Of a DNA stretch of 64,000 bases, positions 40,011 to 48,978 are shown piece by piece (the stretch's first letter is position 1; every line of letters begins with the position of its first letter). A program made the position numbers and the translations under genes. Source of the DNA: a virus. The notes beneath the pieces were generated by a model. It had not been told where the DNA came from, searched no databases, and saw nothing but the letters and a program-made list of their open reading frames with translations. The stretch lies in the IMG/VR virus record IMGVR_UViG_3300003690_000024, positions 31,397 to 95,396 of that record, one strand, 5' to 3'.

Positions 40011-40393
40011 ATGAAAATCTCAAAAGCCAGAATACAACAAATCATTAAAGAGGAACTCTTTTATCGAGAGTTTTATCATAAGGGACACCAACTTGTAGAA
40101 GATAAAATAGGAGATAAAATTAAGAAATTAAAGGATGAGGGCAAGCCGCACAAGCATGCCGTGGCAATTGCTTTGGATATGGAAAGGGACAAAAAATAGA
40201 GGAAGCTACTCCTGAACAAGTAAAGGCCGACTTAGAGCGTCCTGCAGGAGTCTCTAGAGCAGAGCACGAGATCGCCGAGCCACTTAAGAAATTAAAACAG
40301 GCATCTATTTCTTTATCTCCAAAGCAACTTAAGATATTGCGTCATCAACTTGATAGTCTTCTCCAGCAACTGGAGGAGAAGCCTCTCAGCTAA
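40011..40393 (+). CDS. Leader-bearing small protein 1 (ORF 40011-40199, probably continues after 1-nt slip in A6 run to 40393)
   Basis: MKISKARIQQIIKEE leader; -1 frame from 40196 is open to TAA 40391-40393 just before next SD/ATG. Confidence 0.6.
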
Positions 40394-40406
40394 TAAGGAA
40401 GATAGA

Positions 40407-40727
40407 ATGAAAATTACCAAACAAAGACTAAAAGAGATTATCAAGGAAGAGCTTAGTGAGGCCACTGAAGTGCCCATCAGCGCCGACCTCTTCCGGCGCC
40501 CCCATGACCCGGAGCCTCGACCAGACGAAGCGGCGGACGTCTGGCGGTCTCTCCAAGACATGATACTCGAAATAGATGGTTTACGAAAAGTTATTGAAGG
40601 CATCTCTATGGAGCATGGAGCGTTTGTTCACGTGAACACTTACGCAAAGAAAGCCCATGGAGCAATTGCTCAGCTTAGCGACAAAGTACAGGATGCAATT
40701 CTTGAACGAGATCGGTGGAACAAATAA
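40407..40727 (+). CDS. Leader-bearing small protein 2 (putative internal head protein)
   Basis: Start reassigned to MKITKQRLKEIIKEE at 40407 with AAGGA SD. Confidence 0.75.
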   Translation: MKITKQRLKEIIKEELSEATEVPISADLFRRPHDPEPRPDEAADVWRSLQDMILEIDGLRKVIEGISMEHGAFVHVNTYAKKAHGAIAQLSDKVQDAILERDRWNK

Positions 40728-40915
40728 TGAAAATCACCAAACAAAGACTAAGAGAGATAATTCGCGAAGAGCTAGTAAAAGAAGAAATTCCTGATCGTGA
40801 ACAAAGTGCCTTCGTAGATTTTGTTCATGATAACCGACTGAGCAAAGAAGACCTAAGGGCAATCCAAACCCAGATCGCGCTGCTGCTCGATGATCCTTCG
40901 GTCCCAGATACCTAA
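40727..40915 (+). CDS. Leader-bearing small protein 3
   Basis: MKITKQRLREIIREE; TAATG overlap with upstream stop. Confidence 0.72.
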   Translation: MKITKQRLREIIREELVKEEIPDREQSAFVDFVHDNRLSKEDLRAIQTQIALLLDDPSVPDT

Positions 40916-40949
40916 AAGATGCCTGACACATCTTACAAGAGGCAATAAA

Positions 40950-41387
40950 ATGAAAATCACCAAACAAAGGCTAAGAGAGATTATAAAAGAAGAGATTGAG
41001 TATGTTGGCGCAGAAATTGAAGATGTTCCCGAACCTCCCGAGCCCGCGCCGTCAAGCCCATCTGCCGAAGCTATGACTGTAACGAGGCCTTTTTTGGCTA
41101 TGACCGATGAATTTGCAGACTATTTGGCAGCTAACGAGATACCCTCAGAATATGATGCTATTAAGCAGCACCTACTAGATCTGGGACTCCCTCGAACTGC
41201 AGCCGGTATTTATGCTTTATATGGTATGGAAAGTCATGGGGGAATGGAAGAAAGCAAAGTAAGCAGCAAGCAATCTGAGGTTACCTATGCCAGGGAAAAA
41301 CGAGGCAAGAGCAAAAAGCCGGAGAAGAAAGCCTATAATAAGGCAGCCCGGGCTCAAGCAAAGAGGGACTTAAAGAAATCAAAATAA
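40950..41387 (+). CDS. Leader-bearing small protein 4, acidic body and very basic C-terminus
   Basis: MKITKQRLREIIKEE at 40950, GAGG SD. Confidence 0.75.
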   Translation: MKITKQRLREIIKEEIEYVGAEIEDVPEPPEPAPSSPSAEAMTVTRPFLAMTDEFADYLAANEIPSEYDAIKQHLLDLGLPRTAAGIYALYGMESHGGMEESKVSSKQSEVTYAREKRGKSKKPEKKAYNKAARAQAKRDLKKSK

Positions 41388-41390
41388 CCC

Positions 41391-41418
41391 TTGACATACT
41401 CTACCCTTGGTGTATACT
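41391..41418 (+). promoter_or_regulatory. Sigma70-type promoter for the nuclease gene
   Basis: TTGACA (41391-41396), 16-bp spacer, TATACT (41413-41418) in intergenic space. Confidence 0.65.
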
Positions 41419-41437
41419 AGGGGTAGAGTTTTAGTTT
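41398..41437 (+). terminator. Probable intrinsic terminator overlapping the promoter
   Basis: ACTCTACCCTTGG / CTAGGGGTAGAGT stem (with G-U pairs) followed by TTTAGTTT, directly after gene 40950-41387. Confidence 0.55.
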
Positions 41438-41449
41438 AGGGACAACTGT

Positions 41450-44400
41450 TTGTACAAGATAGCACACATAGCAGACACACACATAAAAAATTTAAAGTTT
41501 CACTACGAGTATAAGATTGTTTTCGAGCAATTATATGAAACACTACGAAAAGAAAAAGTAGATTATATTGTACACTGCGGCGACATCGCCCACACCAAGA
41601 CCCAGCTTTCACCAGAATTCGTCGACCTCTGTTCCGATTTCTTCGCAAATCTGGCATCAATCGCCCCGACCTATATCATCCTAGGCAACCACGATGGCAA
41701 CTTGAAGAACAGTAGCCGCCAGGACGCTCTGACACCTATTGTAAAGGCTTTGAATTTGCCGGCCTTACATCTACTTAAGAACTCCGGAGAAGTCCTCATA
41801 GGCCCCGACATTGCCTTGAACGTGCTGTCGGTTTTCGATGAGGATAACTGGGTTACGCCGAGCGATGACAAGAATATCAACATTGCACTTTATCACGGCT
41901 CTGTATCCGGAGTTAAAACCGATACTGGCTGGGTGATGACGCACGGTGATCACGACGTGGGTATCTTTGGTGGGCACGACTATGCAATGCTAGGAGATAT
42001 CCATAAGACAAATCAGATTCTGGACGACGCTGGCCGCGTGAGATATTGTGGGTCAACAGTTCAGCAGAATCATGGCGAGACCAATGATAAGGGTTTCTTG
42101 ATTTGGAATATTAAAGACAAGGACACCTTTGAAGTAAACCATCATGTTCTGCTTAACCCAAAGCCCTTCAAGACCATCGAACTAACGCCAAAGGGACGAA
42201 TGCCGAAGGGCACAAAGGTTCCTGCTGGCGCACGATTACGTCTTATAAGTAACAACAATTTGCCTCTCGATATTATGCGTAAAGCGGTTGAAGTAGCCAA
42301 GCATCGATTTAAGCCAGAAAGCATTACGTTTCTCAACCGCGCCGCCGGAGAGCGAGGGACCGTTGAGATCGGCGCCGGTTTCAAAGTCGAGAATCTGAGA
42401 GATAAAGGAGTTCAGGAGAATCTTATTCGGGAGTATCTCACAGACTATGAACCTAGTGAGGAAATATTAGAGCGAGTATTTGAGCTAAATCGAAAGTATA
42501 ACTCACAGATTGAAGAGACCGAAGAGGTTGCTCGCAATATTAACTGGAATATTAATAAGTTTGAGTGGGATAATCTTTTTAACTATGGAGAAGACAATAG
42601 TGTTGATTTTACAAATTTAAACGGAATCGTCGGGATCTTTGGAAAGAATTATTCGGGAAAGTCTAGTATTATTGATGGTTTACTTTATACAATATTTAAT
42701 ACCACATCTAAGAATGAGCGTAAGAATTACAACATTATCAATCAAAACAAAAAAGAGTGCCGCGGCCGAGTCGAACTTCAAGTCGGCGAGAAGACATACA
42801 CAATCGAGAGGACCTCAGAGAAGTATATAAAGAAATTAAAAGGTGAGGTCACGAATGAGGCTCGCACAAATCTCGATTTTAGTGGGTTTGATCCGGCCGA
42901 CGGCGAGAAGAGAAGCCTTAATGGCACGACAAGGAATGAGACAGATGCACATATTCGAAAACGTTTTGGCACAGTTGAGGACTTTCTTCTTACCTCTATG
43001 TCGAGTCAGCTTGATAATTTATCGTTTATTAAGGAGGGCTCGACGCGAAGGAAGGAAATTTTAGCTAAGTTCTTGGATTTAGATATCTTTGAGAGAAAGT
43101 TTAAGTTAGCCCAGGAGGACTCTGGAGATCTAAAAGCTCTCCTCCGACGGGTGGGCGAGGCCGACTATGATAATGAGATTGCAATCGCAGAAGTTCAAAG
43201 AGATGAATCACAGAAAGAATTAGATAAAGAGGTCACCACTTGCGAGCAACTAAGGCAAGACTTGTCCCACGCTGAAGCGGAGTATTCCTCTTTGACTGAG
43301 CAAATTGATTCCATACCTGCAGAAAGATTGGATATTAAATTATTATTAGAAAATAAAGCATCTCTCGAAAAGAAGATAGAGCAAACCAATATTAATATTA
43401 TAGAGCTGAAAGAGGAGATTGATATCTATGATAAGAAACTTAAGGAGTATGATGACTTCCTCACAACGATCGACATCGAAGACCTTCTCCAACAGAAAAA
43501 AGAATATGATAATTTTAAACAAAAGTATGATGATACAGTAAACCGTGCTCGTCTTATGGACAATGAGTATAGGGTGATGAATAAAAAGATAGAGCTGCTC
43601 GATGAGGTACCGTGTGGCGATTCTTTTCCTATGTGCCAGTTTATAAGAGACGCACACCTTGCAGCTGTAGAATTACCTTCTCTAGAAGTTGAGATTATCG
43701 ACCAGATCGAAGACGCGAAAAACTATAAAACAAAGGTTGTATCGGTCGACTCAGGGGAAATGATTGAAATTATTGACAAGTATAATGATATCATTATTCA
43801 GAAGAATAATATTGAGATCGAAAAACGAGACAACAAAGTTTCTATTGAAAAGTTATATGCTAAAATTAAAACATATCGTAATGATCTGGTGTACACAGAT
43901 GCAAAAGTAGCTTTATATGAAGACAAAAAAGAGTTGATTCAAAATATTGAAAAACTTCTTGCTTCTCGCAACGGAGTACAACTTTTGATACAAGAGACAA
44001 AAGGAACAATTCAGGAATATGATGAACTGGTGAATCAGCACAATCGCCAAATAGGATCTCTTGAACAAAAGGTAGAGTCCCTTAAAGAAAAGAAGCAAGA
44101 ATTAAACAATATACGAAAGGAATATGCAGCTTATGATTTGTTTATGCATTGCACTCATTCTAATGGTATCGCCTATGATATTATCAAGAAACGCCTTCCC
44201 ATCATTAATAGTGAGGTGGCCAAAGTTCTTTCTAATATAGTAGAGTTTGATGTAGAGTTTCAGGAGGATGGGAGAAAACTTGATATTCTCATCAAACATC
44301 ATAGGCATGATCCCCGGCCAATTGAAATGGGGTCTGGTGCCGAAAAGACTGTGGCAGCGATGGCAATTCGTTTGGCTCTTCTTTCGGTATCATCGTTACC

Positions 44401-44602
44401 AAAGGGAAATATTTTTATCCTTGACGAACCCGGTACGGCCCTCGATGCAGAAAATATGGAAGGATTTATTCGAATCTTACAATTGATAAAAATGTATTTT
44501 AAAACGGTTATTCTTATATCTCATCTGGATTCACTAAAAGATATAGTCGATGTAGAAATTACCATAGACAAATCGAACGGTTTTGCTAAGGTTAGTCAGT
44601 AG
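41450..44602 (+). CDS. Fused Mre11/SbcD nuclease - Rad50/SbcC ATPase (T4 gp47-gp46-like)
   Basis: HIADTH, CGDIAH, GNHD, LYHG, LGDIH nuclease motifs; Walker A GKNYSGKSS, long coiled coil, signature GSGAE, Walker B ILDEP, ISH. Confidence 0.92.
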   Translation: MYKIAHIADTHIKNLKFHYEYKIVFEQLYETLRKEKVDYIVHCGDIAHTKTQLSPEFVDLCSDFFANLASIAPTYIILGNHDGNLKNSSRQDALTPIVKALNLPALHLLKNSGEVLIGPDIALNVLSVFDEDNWVTPSDDKNINIALYHGSVSGVKTDTGWVMTHGDHDVGIFGGHDYAMLGDIHKTNQILDDAGRVRYCGSTVQQNHGETNDKGFLIWNIKDKDTFEVNHHVLLNPKPFKTIELTPKGRMPKGTKVPAGARLRLISNNNLPLDIMRKAVEVAKHRFKPESITFLNRAAGERGTVEIGAGFKVENLRDKGVQENLIREYLTDYEPSEEILERVFELNRKYNSQIEETEEVARNINWNINKFEWDNLFNYGEDNSVDFTNLNGIVGIFGKNYSGKSSIIDGLLYTIFNTTSKNERKNYNIINQNKKECRGRVELQVGEKTYTIERTSEKYIKKLKGEVTNEARTNLDFSGFDPADGEKRSLNGTTRNETDAHIRKRFGTVEDFLLTSMSSQLDNLSFIKEGSTRRKEILAKFLDLDIFERKFKLAQEDSGDLKALLRRVGEADYDNEIAIAEVQRDESQKELDKEVTTCEQLRQDLSHAEAEYSSLTEQIDSIPAERLDIKLLLENKASLEKKIEQTNINIIELKEEIDIYDKKLKEYDDFLTTIDIEDLLQQKKEYDNFKQKYDDTVNRARLMDNEYRVMNKKIELLDEVPCGDSFPMCQFIRDAHLAAVELPSLEVEIIDQIEDAKNYKTKVVSVDSGEMIEIIDKYNDIIIQKNNIEIEKRDNKVSIEKLYAKIKTYRNDLVYTDAKVALYEDKKELIQNIEKLLASRNGVQLLIQETKGTIQEYDELVNQHNRQIGSLEQKVESLKEKKQELNNIRKEYAAYDLFMHCTHSNGIAYDIIKKRLPIINSEVAKVLSNIVEFDVEFQEDGRKLDILIKHHRHDPRPIEMGSGAEKTVAAMAIRLALLSVSSLPKGNIFILDEPGTALDAENMEGFIRILQLIKMYFKTVILISHLDSLKDIVDVEITIDKSNGFAKVSQ

Positions 44603-45338
44603 GTTCGGGCATATTCCAACTATACCCATACATTTGAGCAAAGTAACTTTTAATTGCCAATAGTTTGGCGTCCTCGCATCCGGTATACCATCCCCACGCT
44701 ACTAGAGAAGAAATTGTTAAAATTTTAGAGAGGGTATGCTGAATATCGTCTTCCACCCATTCAAGGTGCGAGTCTGAAATATTGTCAATTTCCATGTTTA
44801 GGTCCACGGCAATAGTATAAAGAACATACCAGTTGCCTTCATCGTATGCTTTTTTTGCGCGCTTAAAAATATCTTCTAGTTTTTCAATTTCTTTTTTGGG
44901 AAGCCCTTTTGCAAAAGATTTATCGGGATGAGTAAGCGCAGCAATCTTGTAAAATATTTTTCTTAGTTCCGCAATTTTTTTGGCAGAGGGATTTTCCAAG
45001 GGTGAGTTTCCTTCTTCAATTCGTTCTACGCGAGGGTCCTCCTCAAGATTCTGCAGCGCCACGTTGCCGTTTGAAAGTTTCTCGGACTTTTCTTGTTGTC
45101 GACCTGCAGTAGCAATACGTTCTTCTAAAATTTGTTGCTCCCGAATTTGTTGCTCTCGTATTAGATTGTTGAGAATCTCTCGCTCAGCGGGGGGAAGACT
45201 TTCGATTTCTTTATTTATGGCGTTGCGAAAAAGTTTCTTAGCGTCCTCTGATATCTCAACGTGATATTCTAAGTCAGCCTGCATAAACTCAGCTTTTTTT
45301 ATTAATTTTTTAAATCTTAGCTTAAGTTGTTTTGACAT
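44592..45338 (-). CDS. J-domain (DnaJ-like) containing protein
   Basis: LRKIFYKIAALTHPDK...IFKRAKKAY = helix II-HPD-helix III; fills a gap with no good + strand ORF. Confidence 0.68.
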   Translation of the reverse strand: MSKQLKLRFKKLIKKAEFMQADLEYHVEISEDAKKLFRNAINKEIESLPPAEREILNNLIREQQIREQQILEERIATAGRQQEKSEKLSNGNVALQNLEEDPRVERIEEGNSPLENPSAKKIAELRKIFYKIAALTHPDKSFAKGLPKKEIEKLEDIFKRAKKAYDEGNWYVLYTIAVDLNMEIDNISDSHLEWVEDDIQHTLSKILTISSLVAWGWYTGCEDAKLLAIKSYFAQMYGYSWNMPEPTD

Positions 45339-45379
45339 ACCTTATACTCTGCCCTAATTATAAAGAAGAGGAGCTTAAC

Positions 45380-45565
45380 ATGCGACATTTATTAGATAGG
45401 GGATTAGAAAAGTTAGTTTCGCGCAAACTACTAGCGTGGCTTACCGCGACGTCTTTATTACTGTTTGCTGATCTTACATCCAGCGATTGGGTAATAATTA
45501 CTTGTGTTTATATTGGTGGCCAGACTGTGGTGGACACAGTCGCGCGCTTAAAGGGGTATAAATAA
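45380..45565 (+). CDS. Small two-TM membrane protein, putative holin
   Basis: Start at ATG 45380 after GAGGAG; SRKLLAW plus two hydrophobic segments. Confidence 0.55.
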   Translation: MRHLLDRGLEKLVSRKLLAWLTATSLLLFADLTSSDWVIITCVYIGGQTVVDTVARLKGYK

Positions 45566-45981
45566 TGGCCCTTATGAAGGTAAAGCTAATTACAAAAAAA
45601 GTGTGGCTTTGGGCCAAAAAGTTTTGGTGGGCGTTGGTTATAGGTTTAGGATTAATTATAGGGTTGCTGATATGGCTCCTTACAAGAAACGGCGTCTACG
45701 TTGCAACGCTGCTCGATCTAATGGAAGCCAAGCGCGATGCGCATGATCAGGAAATGGAAACTCTTGCTCATATTCACAACACAGAAATCTCTGAAAAGAA
45801 TATACGCCTTGAGGAACACCTCAAGAGAAGGTTAGAATTGGAAGAAGAATTTAAGAAAAGAGGCGAGGTTCTTGATAAAGAAAAAGAGGCAGAGCTTAAA
45901 AGACTGGTTGATGAGGGTTATAATGATCCAGAAAAGCTTGCTAGAGAGCTAGCTAAAGTATTTGGAATTGAGAATGGTTAA
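45565..45981 (+). CDS. Single-TM coiled-coil protein (i-spanin-like topology)
   Basis: Basic N-terminus, TM (FWWALVIGLGLIIGLLIWLL), charged helical C-terminus. Confidence 0.55.
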   Translation: MALMKVKLITKKVWLWAKKFWWALVIGLGLIIGLLIWLLTRNGVYVATLLDLMEAKRDAHDQEMETLAHIHNTEISEKNIRLEEHLKRRLELEEEFKKRGEVLDKEKEAELKRLVDEGYNDPEKLARELAKVFGIENG

Positions 45982-46456
45982 GAAAATATTATCACTTTAT
46001 TTAATTGCATTTTTAGTATGTCCCGCTTTTGCATATGCCGAAGAAGAGACTGAAGAGGCTGAGGAGTTTAGCGAGGAGGATTACGCCTTGGTGCCCTTAG
46101 AGACCGGCGACCCTGCTCCTTTTGATGGCATCTTGATTTCGTTTGATACCGCCGCAAAGATGGTGCTAGACAAGAAATTTGAAGATGCGGAATGTGATCT
46201 GAGAACTAGCTACGAATTACACCTGCAAGAAGAAAGATTTCAGCTGCAATTAGATTACAAAGATATTGAAATTCATTCGTGGAAAGATAAATATGAATCA
46301 ATGATGATCCTTAAGTCGGTAGAAAACGATAGACTTCACGACCTTATCATTAAACAGTCTCCCGATAAAGATCCACTTCTTGTGGCGTTGGGCTTTGGGA
46401 TTGGCACACTCACGTCGTTAGGTATTTTTGCACTATCTACTGAAATAGTTAGATGA
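45974..46456 (+). CDS. Exported protein with signal peptide, coiled coil and C-terminal hydrophobic helix
   Basis: MVKKILSLYLIAFLVCPAFAYA signal; C-terminal LLVALGFGIGTLTSLGIFAL. Confidence 0.6.
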   Translation: MVKKILSLYLIAFLVCPAFAYAEEETEEAEEFSEEDYALVPLETGDPAPFDGILISFDTAAKMVLDKKFEDAECDLRTSYELHLQEERFQLQLDYKDIEIHSWKDKYESMMILKSVENDRLHDLIIKQSPDKDPLLVALGFGIGTLTSLGIFALSTEIVR

Positions 46457-46839
46457 AAAAACGCGACCAGGAGTATGTGGCGAAGCTTGAGCGTGCAATA
46501 TCACAGAAATATGGTGATGAAGCAATCAATAATCCACGTAGATTTTGGGACAAAGAGAAGGAAAAGGAATATATCCAACAATCATCTGAAGAAAGACAGA
46601 AATTTGCTAAATTGTCTGAGTCAAATGACAAAGTAGAACAAGACGGATTTTTAATAAACAAAAAACTACTTAGTAGGGATCATAAGAGGACATGTCCAGT
46701 TTGTGATAAATATTCTTTTCATCCGCGGGATGATTTGTATATGAATAAGTTCGAAGCGTGCTTCGGCTGCTATATACAATATATCGACGGAAGAGAATTA
46801 AGGTGGGCAACTGGTTGGAGACCCAATAAGGAAGAATAA
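46453..46839 (+). CDS. Hypothetical zinc-finger protein
   Basis: CPVC-x17-CFGC. Confidence 0.7.
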   Translation: MKKRDQEYVAKLERAISQKYGDEAINNPRRFWDKEKEKEYIQQSSEERQKFAKLSESNDKVEQDGFLINKKLLSRDHKRTCPVCDKYSFHPRDDLYMNKFEACFGCYIQYIDGRELRWATGWRPNKEE

Positions 46840-46840
46840 C

Positions 46841-47386
46841 ATGGCAACAGTATACGACATCATCAAAGGAATTAATCAGGCCGCCGCAAATGCAGGTTGG
46901 GATGGTGCTCATGAAGAGTCTCTACAAGCAGACGGTAAAGCACGCGACGCTGGCCTAAAGAGACAGGACGGCCACTATATTAATGACCGTCGCGTGATGG
47001 ATGGTTTTGGAGTCACGTTCCACGGTCCTCTATTAAGAATTAAATATCAATCCGAAATAAGAATTAAAGAAGTCCAAGACAAAGGTTTTGAAGACGAGAT
47101 TATTCGTCGGCTACAGGGCATTGTTAAGTTCCTGAAGAAAGAATACAAAGCCATCACGGGCGATACACTAACCTTAACAAAGGAAGGCGAACATCACATT
47201 CTAGTACAGAGAATTTCTAATTATCGTACAGATTGTCAAGCCCACTGTGATTATCGTATCGGTGGTTTAACTGATGTTGCTGAGGTAAACAAGGGTTCCG
47301 ATGAGGAACGCCTGGACAAAGCAATCAGAGATTTTCTTTCTCTAGGGAGAGACAAAGCCAAGAAGCCTTCTAATGTGAAGGTTTAA
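46841..47386 (+). CDS. Hypothetical protein
   Basis: ORF with AAGGA SD immediately upstream of terminase. Confidence 0.7.
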   Translation: MATVYDIIKGINQAAANAGWDGAHEESLQADGKARDAGLKRQDGHYINDRRVMDGFGVTFHGPLLRIKYQSEIRIKEVQDKGFEDEIIRRLQGIVKFLKKEYKAITGDTLTLTKEGEHHILVQRISNYRTDCQAHCDYRIGGLTDVAEVNKGSDEERLDKAIRDFLSLGRDKAKKPSNVKV

Positions 47387-47389
47387 TAA

Positions 47390-48973
47390 ATGGTTGCTTT
47401 AAGCAAGCAAGAGATATTAAGAGAAGTAGTTAAAGCCGGAAAAGATCCGGTTTATTTTACTACAAGTTATTGCCGTATCTCTCATCCCCAAAGAGGGCTT
47501 ATCCCCTTTGATGCTTATGATTATCAAGAAGCGCTTTTAAAAGACTTCCGAGACTATCGTTTTAATATTATTCTTAAAGCTCGACAGCTTGGGATTTCTA
47601 CTATTACAGCTGCGTATATCGCGTGGTTGATGCTGTTTCATCGTGATAAAAATATTCTTGTGGTAGCAACGAAGCTTCAAACTGCAACCAATCTTGTTAA
47701 AAAAGTAAAAGCAATCATCAAGAATCTCCCTGCATGGATGAGGATCAGCGATATTGAAGTAGATAACCGTACCTCCTTTGAGCTAAAGAATGGTTCCCAA
47801 ATTAGGGGCTCTTCTACTTCTGGGGATGCTGGTCGTTCTGAGGCCTTGTCGCTTTTGGTTGTTGATGAGGCCGCGCATGTTGACCACCTGGATGAGTTGT
47901 GGACCTCTCTCTATCCTACCTTATCAACTGGTGGGCGCTGCATCGCACTGTCCACTCCAAATGGTGTAGGCAACTGGTTTCATCAGAATTGTGTTGAGGC
48001 GCAGAACGGCACCAACGATTTTTACATGACCACTCTTATGTGGGATGAACATCCCGATCGTAATAAAAAGTGGTTCGATAAAGAAACTAAAAATATGTCT
48101 AAGCGTCAAGTGGCGCAAGAGCTACAATGCAATTTTAATGTATCTGGTGAGACCGTTATTCATCCTGACGATTTAGAGTGGTATCTAGAGAGAATTGTAA
48201 CACCTAAGTATAGGACCGGATTCGATAGAAATTATTGGATTTGGGAGCAGTATGATCCCACTAAGCCGTATTTGATTATGGCCGACGTCGCGCGCGGAGA
48301 CGGAAAAGACAATAGTGCGTTTCACGTAATTCAGCTCGAAGATCTTGTACAGGTTGGTGAATATGTGGGGAAACCTAACCCTGATGACTTCGCAGATATT
48401 TTGTCCAATGTGGCGGCAGAGTATGGAAACCCCATGTTGGTGATAGAAAACAATAATATAGGCTATGCAGTACTTAAAAAATTATTAGATAAGGGGTATC
48501 CTAATCTATATCATTCCTCTAAAGGAGATCATCGGTATGTAGATCCGGTGACAGCCACGTGGCAGTCTAATGTGATAGCAGGGTTTACTACGTCTTCAAA
48601 AACACGACCTTTGATTGTGGCGAAGATGGAAGAGTTTATGAGAAACAAACTAATTAAAATTAACTCAAATCGTCTGCTTTCCGAAATGAAAACATTTATT
48701 TGGCGGAACGGGCGCCCGGAAGCAATGAGGAGCTACAATGATGATTTGGTTATGTCATTCGCCATTGGGTGTTGGGTAAGAGATACTGTGATTATAGAAA
48801 ATCAAAGAAGCCTAGAGTACAGTAAAGAATTTCTTTCCTCGATCTCTACGTCCACCACAGCTCTCTCCACCACAATTCAGGGGATGAGAGGACCTCAGGC
48901 GAATGCAGAAACAAAAAGAATGGCAGAGGGGCACGACTTTAACCAGGAATATCTTGCTCTTGTTAAAGGATAG
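47390..48973 (+). CDS. terL: Terminase large subunit (T4 gp17-like)
   Basis: LKARQLGIST Walker A, LLVVDEAA Walker B, LSTPNG, nuclease ADVARGDGKDNS, DDLVMS. Confidence 0.95.
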   Translation: MVALSKQEILREVVKAGKDPVYFTTSYCRISHPQRGLIPFDAYDYQEALLKDFRDYRFNIILKARQLGISTITAAYIAWLMLFHRDKNILVVATKLQTATNLVKKVKAIIKNLPAWMRISDIEVDNRTSFELKNGSQIRGSSTSGDAGRSEALSLLVVDEAAHVDHLDELWTSLYPTLSTGGRCIALSTPNGVGNWFHQNCVEAQNGTNDFYMTTLMWDEHPDRNKKWFDKETKNMSKRQVAQELQCNFNVSGETVIHPDDLEWYLERIVTPKYRTGFDRNYWIWEQYDPTKPYLIMADVARGDGKDNSAFHVIQLEDLVQVGEYVGKPNPDDFADILSNVAAEYGNPMLVIENNNIGYAVLKKLLDKGYPNLYHSSKGDHRYVDPVTATWQSNVIAGFTTSSKTRPLIVAKMEEFMRNKLIKINSNRLLSEMKTFIWRNGRPEAMRSYNDDLVMSFAIGCWVRDTVIIENQRSLEYSKEFLSSISTSTTALSTTIQGMRGPQANAETKRMAEGHDFNQEYLALVKG

Positions 48974-48978
48974 AGGCT

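Larger units (their letters stand above)
40407..40994 (+). repeat. Three dispersed ~45-bp near-identical gene-start repeats (40407, 40727, 40950)
   Basis: ATGAAAATYACCAAACAAAGRCTAARAGAGAT... at each gene start. Confidence 0.85.

Noticed and set aside
40011-41387. Repeat-spacer pattern resembling a CRISPR array
   Set aside because: Repeats are in-frame gene starts with 180-280 bp coding spacers; no cas genes
45332-45364. TTGACA as a sigma70 -35 element
   Set aside because: It is the antisense of the J-protein start codons and no good -10 lies at 16-18 bp
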